A stretch of DNA of 64,000 bases from Clostridia bacterium. GTDB taxonomy: Bacteria; Bacillota; Clostridia; Christensenellales; CAG-138. Numbering within the stretch: position 1 is the stretch's first letter; each line of letters begins with the position of its first letter. Below are positions 30,556-38,367 of this stretch, piece after piece. The notes under the pieces are model-generated. The model had not been told where the DNA came from. It did no database searches and saw nothing but the letters and a program-made list of their open reading frames with translations. The stretch covers positions 25,281 to 89,280 of the forward strand of contig JAFPXD010000029.1 of NCBI GenBank assembly GCA_017394835.1, written 5' to 3'. Made by a program: the position numbers and the translations under genes.

Positions 30556-31758
30556 ATGAGGATAGGTATATTCGGGGGAACATACGATCCCGTCCACACG
30601 GGCCATATCGAAACGGCAAGATCCGTTTTCCGCGAGCTTGAGCTTGACAAGCTCTTTATGGTCGTTGCCGCAGATCCGCCCCATAAGCACGATACGAACC
30701 GCACTCCCGCGCATCTGCGTCTCAAAATGCTCGAAGCCGCCCTTGAGGGCGAGCGGGGCATTGCCGCTTCCGACGTTGAAATAAAACGCGCGGGCAAGAG
30801 CTATACCGTGGATACGCTCGGGGTCTTCAAACGGCAGTACAGGGGGGCGGAGCTCTTCCTGATAGTGGGCGGCGATATGCTCGAAAACTTCCCGCTCTGG
30901 CGCGATCCGAAGGGCATTATGAGCATGGCGGCGCTCACGGCCGTGACCCGTCCCGATTCGGCGAGGGATATGCGTGCGATAGCGGACGGCATAGAGCGCG
31001 ATTTCGGCGGGAGGGTCATTCTTTCCGAATTCACGGGGCCCGATATTTCTTCGACGGAGATCCGCCGCCGCATGCGCGATGCGGAGCCCATAAACCTGCT
31101 CTGCGATCCCGCGGTGGAAAGGTTCATTTACACGAACGGTCTCTACATGCCGCAGGAGATAACCGCGATCCGTCAGAAGCTGTATAAGAGGCTGCGCCGC
31201 AAACGCTTGGATCACACCATGATGACCGTGCGCGAGGCGATAAGCCTTGCGGCAAAGCACGGCGCGGACCCCCGAAAAGCACGCCTTGCCGCCATCCTGC
31301 ACGACTGCATAAAGCTCCCCAACCGCGAGCTTTTGGAATACTGCGAAACAAACGGCTATGAGCTTTCCGCTGACGAGCGGGCAAACCCCTATCTCATCCA
31401 TTCGAGGCTCGGCGCAGAGCTTGCCGAAACCGAATTCGGCGTGACCGATCCGGAGGTGCTGAACGCCATAAGGCGCCATACCCTCGGGCAGGTGGGAATG
31501 AGCCTGCTGGATAAGATCATCTACGTTGCGGATAAGATCGAGCCCTCGCGCGAATATGAGGGCGTGGCGGAAATGCGCGAGGAGGCGTACCGCGATATTG
31601 ATTCCGCGATGCTCCTCGTGATGAAGCATTCCGCCGATTACACGGCGGCAAGCGGCAGGCAGGTCAATCCCTCGACCCGCGCGGTGATGGATTGGCTTGC
31701 GGAATGTATTGAAAACAAAAGGCAAAGCCATAACGATACGGAGGAAAACAATGGATAA
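30556..31758 (+). CDS. nadD: fused nicotinate-nucleotide adenylyltransferase NadD / HD-domain phosphohydrolase YqeK
   Basis: Residues 1-197 read MRIGIFGGTYDPVHTGH...ISSTEIR (NadD). Residues from about 205 to 400 carry HD-domain signatures (RLDHT, LHDCIK, HSRLGA, VADKIEPSR) typical of YqeK. It is one uninterrupted frame. Confidence 0.85.
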   Translation: MRIGIFGGTYDPVHTGHIETARSVFRELELDKLFMVVAADPPHKHDTNRTPAHLRLKMLEAALEGERGIAASDVEIKRAGKSYTVDTLGVFKRQYRGAELFLIVGGDMLENFPLWRDPKGIMSMAALTAVTRPDSARDMRAIADGIERDFGGRVILSEFTGPDISSTEIRRRMRDAEPINLLCDPAVERFIYTNGLYMPQEITAIRQKLYKRLRRKRLDHTMMTVREAISLAAKHGADPRKARLAAILHDCIKLPNRELLEYCETNGYELSADERANPYLIHSRLGAELAETEFGVTDPEVLNAIRRHTLGQVGMSLLDKIIYVADKIEPSREYEGVAEMREEAYRDIDSAMLLVMKHSADYTAASGRQVNPSTRAVMDWLAECIENKRQSHNDTEENNG

Positions 31759-32149
31759 CGGCGTCTTTTTAAGCGATCTCGAGCTCCGCTTCAGGGCGGA
31801 GGAGCGCGAACAGGTAATGAAGCTCCTGCAGATTTTGGAGAACAAGAAGGCCACCGATATGATAGCCATTGACGTTGCGGACAAGACCATCATCTCCGAT
31901 TGGTTCATTATCTGCAGCGGCGGCTCGGTGATCCAGGTCAAGGCCATCTGCGACGAAGTGCTCGAAAAGTACCCCGAAGCGGGGCTTACGCTTCGCCGCA
32001 AGGAGGGCTATACCGAGGGCAGGTGGATCGTGCTCGACTTCGGCCACATCCTTCTGCACATCTTCTATCCCGAAGAGAGGGAATACTACAATATCGAGCG
32101 TCTTTGGACCGACGGCGCAGCCGAGGTCATCAGGTATCCGGAAAAATAA
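31751..32149 (+). CDS. rsfS: ribosome silencing factor RsfS
   Basis: ISDWFIICSGGSVIQVKAICDEV...GRWIVLDFGHILLHIF matches the RsfS pattern. The ATG overlaps the upstream stop (ATGGATAA). The nadD-yqeK-rsfS order is conserved. Confidence 0.85.
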   Translation: MDNGVFLSDLELRFRAEEREQVMKLLQILENKKATDMIAIDVADKTIISDWFIICSGGSVIQVKAICDEVLEKYPEAGLTLRRKEGYTEGRWIVLDFGHILLHIFYPEEREYYNIERLWTDGAAEVIRYPEK

Positions 32150-32171
32150 AACGAGGAGCCTATAACCCTTC

Positions 32172-33755
32172 ATGGCATACAATGCGCTTTACCGCAGATT
32201 TCGCCCCGAAAAATTCAGCGAGATAATAGGTCAGCCCCACATAACGAAGATCCTGCTCAACCAGACGAGGTCGGGCAGGGTGGCGCACGCATACCTTTTT
32301 TCGGGCAGCAGGGGCACGGGCAAGACCTCCACGGCGAGGATACTTGCCAAGGCGATCAACTGCCTCGATCCGCAGGACGGCGAGCCCTGCGGCAAATGCA
32401 AGGTCTGCACGGCGCAGAATAACGTCGATATAATCGAAATGGACGCCGCCTCCAATTCCGGCGTTGACGAGATGCGCGGCCTTATCGAGAGGGCGGAATT
32501 CGCCCCGCTCGAGCTCAAAACGAAGGTCTATATAATCGACGAGGCGCACATGCTGACGAAGAGCGCTTCGAACGCTCTTTTGAAGACGCTCGAGGAGCCG
32601 CCCGCCCACGTCGTTTTCATTCTGGCCACGACCGAGCCGCAGGCGCTCCCCGCAACGATCGTTTCGAGGTGCCAGCGGTTCGAATTCCGCAGGCTCTCCG
32701 TTTCCGATATGGTGAGCTCTATGAAGCGCTCCCTTGATTCCATAGGCGCCCACATTGAGGATGAGGGCCTTATCGCAATAGCCAGAGCGGCGGAAGGCGG
32801 CATGCGCGATTGCCTGAGCATAGCCGATCAGTGCCTTTCGTTCTGCGGAGGCAGCGTTACGACGGACGACGTTTTGAGCGTCCTCGGCAGCGTCAATACG
32901 GGGCTTTTATACAGGCTTGCGGACGCCGTGATAGATTCCGACGCCGCCGCCGCAATGCGCGCGATAAGCGAAGTCACGGCTTCGGGCCGCGATCTCGGCG
33001 TGTTCGCGCTCGATCTCGCTTCGCATTTCAGGGCGCTGCTGCTTGCCAAAATATGCGGGAGCTGCAAGGATATTCTGGACTGCACCGATGAAATGATGCA
33101 GGATATTTCCCGCCAGGCGGAGCGCATCTCACGCGAGAGGGCGGAAAGGGCGGTGGAGGAGCTGCTTAAGCTCCAATCCGGGCTGAAGCTCGTCGCCACC
33201 CCGCGCACGCTCGTCGAAAGCACCGTTCTGCGCATACTCCGCCCGGAGGATGAGGAAACGCTCATCGCCATGGGCGACAGGCTGAGCAAGCTCGAAGGCT
33301 CCGTGAAAAACGTTGCAGCGGAAGCGGCTGAAGCCGCCGCATCCGCCGCAAAGGCCGCGTCTTCCTCTCACGAAGCGGAGCGCGCCGAAGCCGTGCCCGC
33401 TCCCGCGGAGGCGGCGGGGGAGGCCGAAGCGAAAGTTCCCGAGCTCACCGAAGACGCGGACGAGCTTTACTCAAAATTCCGCGCCGAACTTAAAAAGACC
33501 GATCCTTCCTCGAACGCGACGCTTGAGCTTTCCGCGGCGCATTGGCTGGAGGACAGAACGCTCGTGATATGCTTTGACTCGGAATGGGCCGGGATGGTCG
33601 GTATGTTCGAGGGGCAAAACGCTCTTCAGAAGCTTGCCGCCGCGGCAAAGCGTTCGATCGATCCCGCCACGGTGCGCATCGAGGTAAGAAGGGGCGGGCG
33701 GATACAGCAAAAGAGGGCGACCGAGCTGTTCGGCGTCCCCATAAAAGAAGTTTGA
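32172..33755 (+). CDS. dnaX: DNA polymerase III subunit gamma/tau
   Basis: Walker A GSRGTGKTS, a Zn module (CLDPQDGEPCGKCKVC), DEAHML and the SRC motif (VSRCQRF) are present. Confidence 0.92.
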   Translation: MAYNALYRRFRPEKFSEIIGQPHITKILLNQTRSGRVAHAYLFSGSRGTGKTSTARILAKAINCLDPQDGEPCGKCKVCTAQNNVDIIEMDAASNSGVDEMRGLIERAEFAPLELKTKVYIIDEAHMLTKSASNALLKTLEEPPAHVVFILATTEPQALPATIVSRCQRFEFRRLSVSDMVSSMKRSLDSIGAHIEDEGLIAIARAAEGGMRDCLSIADQCLSFCGGSVTTDDVLSVLGSVNTGLLYRLADAVIDSDAAAAMRAISEVTASGRDLGVFALDLASHFRALLLAKICGSCKDILDCTDEMMQDISRQAERISRERAERAVEELLKLQSGLKLVATPRTLVESTVLRILRPEDEETLIAMGDRLSKLEGSVKNVAAEAAEAAASAAKAASSSHEAERAEAVPAPAEAAGEAEAKVPELTEDADELYSKFRAELKKTDPSSNATLELSAAHWLEDRTLVICFDSEWAGMVGMFEGQNALQKLAAAAKRSIDPATVRIEVRRGGRIQQKRATELFGVPIKEV

Positions 33756-33799
33756 AGGCGGAGCCCGAAGCCCCGCCCCACCATACAGGAGGAAACAAT

Positions 33800-35056
33800 A
33801 TGAGCAACATTCAGGCACTTAAAGGCACAAAGGACGTTCTTCCCGCCGAGAGCCATAAGTGGCATTATATCGAAAACACGATGCGGTCGCTCTGCTCTGT
33901 TTTCGGCGCGCGCGAGCTTCGCACGCCCATAATAGAGCATACGGAGCTGTTCCAGCGCGGCGTCGGCTCCACGACCGATATAGTCCAGAAGGAGATGTAC
34001 ACTTTCGAGAAGGGCGATTATTCCATCACGCTGAAGCCCGAGGGCACCGCCGGCATGGTAAGGGCGTTCATAGAGAACGGCCTCTTCAACGATCCGCTCC
34101 CCCAGAAGCTTTACTATCTCAATTCGCCCACCTTCCGCTATGAAAATCCCCAGGCGGGCAGGCTCCGCGAGCATCACCAGTTCGGCATAGAGATAGTCGG
34201 CTCCTACGCTCCCGAAACGGATGCGGAGGTAATACTTCTCGCGCTCACGCTTTTCAAAAAGCTCGGCGTGCACGATCTCATGCTCCACATAAACAGCATC
34301 GGCTGCCCCGAATGCCGCAAGGAATACAACGCCGCCCTGCGCGAATACCTTAAGGGCTATATAGGCGATATGTGCGAGACCTGCCGTTCCCGCTTCGAAA
34401 AGAATCCCATGAGGATAATCGACTGCAAGGAGGAGCGCTGCAAACGCATAGTCAAGGGCGCGCCCCGCACCCTCGATTACCTCTGCGAAGACTGCAGGAA
34501 GCAGTTTGAGGGAGTAAAGGCCTGTTTGGACGCCGCGGGCGCCGAATACGTCGTAGATCCCGATATAGTGCGCGGCCTCGATTATTACACCGGCACCGTG
34601 TTCGAGATAATCTCCAACCGCATAGGCGCGCAGGGCGCCGTCTGCGCCGGCGGCCGCTATAACGGGCTCATAGAGGAGCTGGGCGGCCAGAAGATCCCCG
34701 CCGTCGGCTTCGGCATGGGCATGGAGCGCCTGCTCGCCGTGATGGAAAACAACAACGTCGAATTCCCCAAACCACCGGAGGTGACCGTCTATTTCGCCGC
34801 CATGGGCGAAGCTCCCCGCATGAAGGCGTTCGCGCTGACTCAGCAGCTCCGCGAGAAGGGTATCTTCGCCGAATTCGACCACATGGAAAGGAGCTTCAAG
34901 GCGCAGTTCAAGTATGCGAACAAGGTCGGCGCGAAGTACGCCGTGGCCCTTGGCGATGAGGAGCTTGCGCGCGGGATCGTCCGCGTAAAATGTATGGGCG
35001 ACGGCGCCGAGACCGAAGTCGCGATCGACGGGCTCGCCGCGTATTTCGCGGAATAA
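33800..35056 (+). CDS. hisS: histidine--tRNA ligase
   Basis: The start is re-picked at MSNIQALKGTKDVLP (RBS CAGGAGG). Class II motif 2 (FRYENPQAGRLREHHQFG) and GGRYNGL are present. Confidence 0.92.
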   Translation: MSNIQALKGTKDVLPAESHKWHYIENTMRSLCSVFGARELRTPIIEHTELFQRGVGSTTDIVQKEMYTFEKGDYSITLKPEGTAGMVRAFIENGLFNDPLPQKLYYLNSPTFRYENPQAGRLREHHQFGIEIVGSYAPETDAEVILLALTLFKKLGVHDLMLHINSIGCPECRKEYNAALREYLKGYIGDMCETCRSRFEKNPMRIIDCKEERCKRIVKGAPRTLDYLCEDCRKQFEGVKACLDAAGAEYVVDPDIVRGLDYYTGTVFEIISNRIGAQGAVCAGGRYNGLIEELGGQKIPAVGFGMGMERLLAVMENNNVEFPKPPEVTVYFAAMGEAPRMKAFALTQQLREKGIFAEFDHMERSFKAQFKYANKVGAKYAVALGDEELARGIVRVKCMGDGAETEVAIDGLAAYFAE

Positions 35057-35087
35057 AGGCTTATAAAACCAAAAAACGCAAAAGAAA

Positions 35088-35116
35088 GCGCCGTGCCTTC
35101 GGGCACGGCGTTTCGC
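35088..35116. terminator. bidirectional intrinsic terminator between the convergent hisS and blaI-like genes
   Basis: GCGCCGTGCC-TTCG-GGCACGGCG is flanked by AAAAGAAA upstream and TTTCGC downstream. Confidence 0.8.
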
Positions 35117-35128
35117 ATCAAATCGTTA

Positions 35129-35500
35129 TCACTTTACGGAATCGATCCAAGCGCTGAGCTCTTCTATATCCTTCTTCGTCATGTTGTTGTTGGCATAGAA
35201 AGCCTTTACGAGATCGGTCACGGAAGCGCCGGGCTCGCCGTTGAAGAGATGTCCCTTGGTGAGCGCGATGTATTCGGCGCGGGTCACGCAGGGAACGTAC
35301 TCAAAGCTCCTTACGCGCTTGCCGACCATTTCGATAAAACCCTTCATATGAAGGCGGTTAACGAAGGTCTGAACGGTCTGATAGGTCCACTTGTTCTCAC
35401 CGACGGCAGTCCAAACATCCTTGATGGTGGTGGGCTTGCCGGCTTCCCAGATCTTAACCAGAACTTCGAGTTCGGCTGCAGAAACGTCTTTGATGATCAT
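35129..35500 (-). CDS. BlaI/MecI/CopY family transcriptional repressor
   Basis: 123 aa with a winged-helix N-terminus (SAAELEVLVKIWEAGKPTTIKDVW...TYQTVQTFVNRLHMKGF). Confidence 0.85.
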   Translation of the reverse strand: MIIKDVSAAELEVLVKIWEAGKPTTIKDVWTAVGENKWTYQTVQTFVNRLHMKGFIEMVGKRVRSFEYVPCVTRAEYIALTKGHLFNGEPGASVTDLVKAFYANNNMTKKDIEELSAWIDSVK

Positions 35501-35535
35501 AGGTATGTACCCCCCCTAAAGAACTTCTGAAAGGT

Positions 35536-35564
35536 ATTTTACAACATGGAGCAATAAATGTCAA
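35536..35564 (-). promoter_or_regulatory. sigma-A-type promoter for the blaI-like gene (TTGACA-17-TAAAAT on the minus strand)
   Basis: The reverse complement reads TTGACA (35559-35564), a 17-nt spacer, then TAAAAT (35536-35541). Confidence 0.65.
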
Positions 35565-35662
35565 TAGATGATCGCGAAAAAATATATAAATTCCGCGGGA
35601 TCGGATGGACGCGCTCCGGCTTGCGGCAGAGCGGTCCGGCAGAATACCGCCCGGCCGTCTTT

Positions 35663-36550
35663 TTATTCGTTTGCAAGCATTTCCGCATATAAAAGCGCCG
35701 ACCGCAGACGCAGCTCCTTGACTGCGGATGAAAGCTCCGCACGGGAGCCGCTCTTTTCGATCGCCCCGTCTATGAGTCCGCCGAGCTCCGTGAGATACCC
35801 GCCTATCCGCATGAGCCAAGCGTCGCCGCCCTCCGTTGCGCCGAGGCCGGAAACGGCCGAAAGCACGTTCCTCTTTATCTCGCCCAGCACGCCGAGACCG
35901 TATTCGGTGCTTTTGGCTTCTGCGTCGAGCTCGCGGGAAAGCTCGTCGAGCTGGATCACGGTCTCCGGCGCTATCGCGAACGCCGTCCCTATCGGCAGGA
36001 GCCTTTCGGGGCTCGCGGTGATCTCAAGCTCACAGCCGTCGCGGATCACGCTCGTCACGCGGCAGTCGAAGCCTTCTTCCCTGAGCCTTGCGCGCACGTT
36101 TTCCGCATCGCTTTCTTCGGAATAAGCGGCGGCGATCACTGTGTAATCGCCCTCGCTCCCGCTCACGCAGCCCGCCGCGCCCTTCGCCTTGAGCTCCTCG
36201 GCAGCCGCATCGGCGGAGGCGCGGTCTTGAAAACTGCCTATACTCAGCATATAGATCGAGATCCCCGGAAGAGCGACCTTGCGGGTCTCGCCCGCGGGAG
36301 CGCCGGTGGGGGAGGGGGAGACCTCCGGGCTTGCGGTCGCGATAAAGAGCGCGGTGGGAAGCGGCTCTTCCTTCCGCGGGAAAACGAGGGAGCCCAACTG
36401 CTTCGCTCCCTCCGCAATGCGCTTGCCCGCCCCCGCGAAAACGATGAGATACCCCGCCAAAGCAAAGAGCAGCACCGTTACGAGAGTATAGCCCGCGCCG
36501 TTTCCTTCCGGCTTCCTTCCGCGGCGTTTTCTTCTCCTTCCGTATTCCAT
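35663..36550 (-). CDS. SPOR domain-containing membrane protein
   Basis: A basic N-terminus and one TM helix (YTLVTVLLFALAGYLIVFAG) are followed by a SPOR-like segment, IYMLSIGSFQDRASADAAAEELKAKGAAG...YTVIAAAYSEESDAENVRARL. Confidence 0.7.
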   Translation of the reverse strand: MEYGRRRKRRGRKPEGNGAGYTLVTVLLFALAGYLIVFAGAGKRIAEGAKQLGSLVFPRKEEPLPTALFIATASPEVSPSPTGAPAGETRKVALPGISIYMLSIGSFQDRASADAAAEELKAKGAAGCVSGSEGDYTVIAAAYSEESDAENVRARLREEGFDCRVTSVIRDGCELEITASPERLLPIGTAFAIAPETVIQLDELSRELDAEAKSTEYGLGVLGEIKRNVLSAVSGLGATEGGDAWLMRIGGYLTELGGLIDGAIEKSGSRAELSSAVKELRLRSALLYAEMLANE

Positions 36551-36693
36551 AGACCATCTGCCTTTCGTTCGGTTTGTTTGATGATATTCGGGCCCGGAGG
36601 AGTATATGCTTGGGCTTTTCGCGGCCGCTCCGGATGAGTCCGCAAAGCATCAAAATATACACCCATTGCAGGGCGTTTCGGGCCTGTTTCGGC

Positions 36694-36721
36694 TTGACTT
36701 ATTTCCCTCATGAGGTATAAT
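36694..36721 (+). promoter_or_regulatory. sigma-A-type promoter of the hut operon (TTGACT-16-TATAAT)
   Basis: TTGACT lies at 36694-36699 and TATAAT at 36716-36721, about 50 nt upstream of the hutH ATG. Confidence 0.65.
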
Positions 36722-36733
36722 AAAAGGCGGTAT

Positions 36734-36749
36734 TGTATTTACAAATACA
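36734..36749. promoter_or_regulatory. perfect inverted repeat TGTATTT-AC-AAATACA; candidate operator between the hut promoter and RBS
   Basis: Two 7-bp arms with a 2-nt spacer begin 13 nt after the -10 hexamer. Confidence 0.5.
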
Positions 36750-36770
36750 GCATGAAAGGAATAATCGGAT

Positions 36771-38306
36771 ATGGCTATCATGATCGACGGAAAGTCGCTC
36801 ACTCTCTCTCAGGTGGCGGCTGTTGCAAGAGGCTATGAGAAGGTCGAGCTTACCGACGAGGCGAAGGCCGCGGTACGCAAGGCGAGGGATTACGTTGAAA
36901 AGAAGCTTGCGGAGGGGGCCGTCATTTACGGTCTTACCACCGGCTTCGGTAAATTCTCCGATACCTTCATCCCCGCGGATGAGACCGCCGAGCTTCAGCG
37001 CAACCTCATCATCTCCCACTCCTGCGGCATGGGCGAGCCCCTTCCCACGGAGGCGGTGAGGGCGGCCATGCTGCTCAGGTGCAACGCGCTTTCCCGCGGG
37101 CACAGCGGCATAAGGCTCTCTACGATCCAGACCCTTCTCAATATGCTCAACGCGGGCGTTCACCCCATCATTCCCGAAAAGGGCTCCCTCGGCGCGAGCG
37201 GCGACCTGGCGCCCCTTTCCCACATGGTGCTCGTAATGCTCGGCGAAGGCGAAGCGGAGTATAACGGCGTCCGCATGAGCGGGCGCGAGGCGATGGATAA
37301 GGCCGGCATTCCCGTGATAGAGCTTGCCGCGAAGGAGGGCCTTGCCCTCATCAACGGCACCCAGATAATGACCGCCGTCGGTTCCCTTGCCGTTATAGAC
37401 GCGCTCGATCTTATGAAGACCGCCGATATTGCCGCGGCGCTTACCGCCGAGGCGCAGTTCGGCATAAAGGCCGCCTTCGATCACAAGGTACACGACGTGC
37501 GCGGCCATCAGGGCCAGAAGGATACCGCGGCGAACCTGCTTACGCTGCTTGAAGGCTCCACGCTCGCCAAACGCACCCAGCCCAACAAGGTGCAGGATGC
37601 TTACGTTATAAGGTGCGTCCCGCAGATCCACGGCGCCAGCCGCGACGCGATCCGTTACGTTGCGGAGGCCGTCTCCCGCGAGATAAATGCCGTTACCGAT
37701 AACCCCATCATATTCCCCGATGAGGATGAGGTGATCTCGGGCGGCAACTTCCACGGTCAGCCCATGGCGCTCGCGTTCGATTTCCTCGGCATTGCCGTTT
37801 CGGAGCTTGCGAACGTTTCCGAGCGCAGGACGGAGCGCATGGTCAATCCCGCGCTTTCCTACGGGCTCCCCGCGTTCCTGGCCAAGCACGGCGGCGTGAA
37901 CTCCGGCTTCATGATCGCCCAGTATTCCGCGGCCTCAATGGTCTCCGAAAACAAGGTCTATGCGCACCCCGCCAGCGTCGATTCCATCCCCTCTTCCGCA
38001 AATCAGGAGGATCACGTTTCCATGGGCACCACCGCCGCAAGGAAGGCGCGCATGATACTCGATAACGCGCAGAAGGTCATCGGCATAGAGCTCGTTACCG
38101 CGCATCAGGCGCTGTGGCTCCGCACGGAGGCGGGCGAGGGCGAGATGGCTCCCGCCACCCGCGCCGTTTACGACCTTATCGACAGCAGGATCAAGGCCAA
38201 CGAATACGACGTCGTTATGTATCCCAACCTCAAGGCGGCCGATGAGCTCATAAAGGCTCACGCCGTCGTTCCCGCCGCCGAAAAGGTCTGCGGCGCTCTT
38301 AAATAA
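36771..38306 (+). CDS. hutH: histidine ammonia-lyase
   Basis: 511 aa with the MIO-forming GASGDLAPLSH motif. Confidence 0.95.
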   Translation: MAIMIDGKSLTLSQVAAVARGYEKVELTDEAKAAVRKARDYVEKKLAEGAVIYGLTTGFGKFSDTFIPADETAELQRNLIISHSCGMGEPLPTEAVRAAMLLRCNALSRGHSGIRLSTIQTLLNMLNAGVHPIIPEKGSLGASGDLAPLSHMVLVMLGEGEAEYNGVRMSGREAMDKAGIPVIELAAKEGLALINGTQIMTAVGSLAVIDALDLMKTADIAAALTAEAQFGIKAAFDHKVHDVRGHQGQKDTAANLLTLLEGSTLAKRTQPNKVQDAYVIRCVPQIHGASRDAIRYVAEAVSREINAVTDNPIIFPDEDEVISGGNFHGQPMALAFDFLGIAVSELANVSERRTERMVNPALSYGLPAFLAKHGGVNSGFMIAQYSAASMVSENKVYAHPASVDSIPSSANQEDHVSMGTTAARKARMILDNAQKVIGIELVTAHQALWLRTEAGEGEMAPATRAVYDLIDSRIKANEYDVVMYPNLKAADELIKAHAVVPAAEKVCGALK

Positions 38307-38367
38307 ACCGTTTCGGGGGGCTTTGAAAAAAGCTCCCCGTTCAAATGCAACAGAAAGGAAAAAAGCT

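Noticed and set aside
33470-33500. A possible programmed -1 frameshift site in dnaX (an A-rich run, TTAAAAAGACC).
   Set aside because: It is not the A-AAA-AAG heptamer, and no downstream stem-loop or suitably placed out-of-frame stop is evident. The single 527-aa frame is adequate.
33756-33799. A possible T-box leader upstream of hisS (and likewise upstream of asnS, 53094-53190).
   Set aside because: The spacers are only about 45 and 100 nt. They contain no specifier-loop or T-box (AAnnnGGGTGGTACCGCG-like) sequence.
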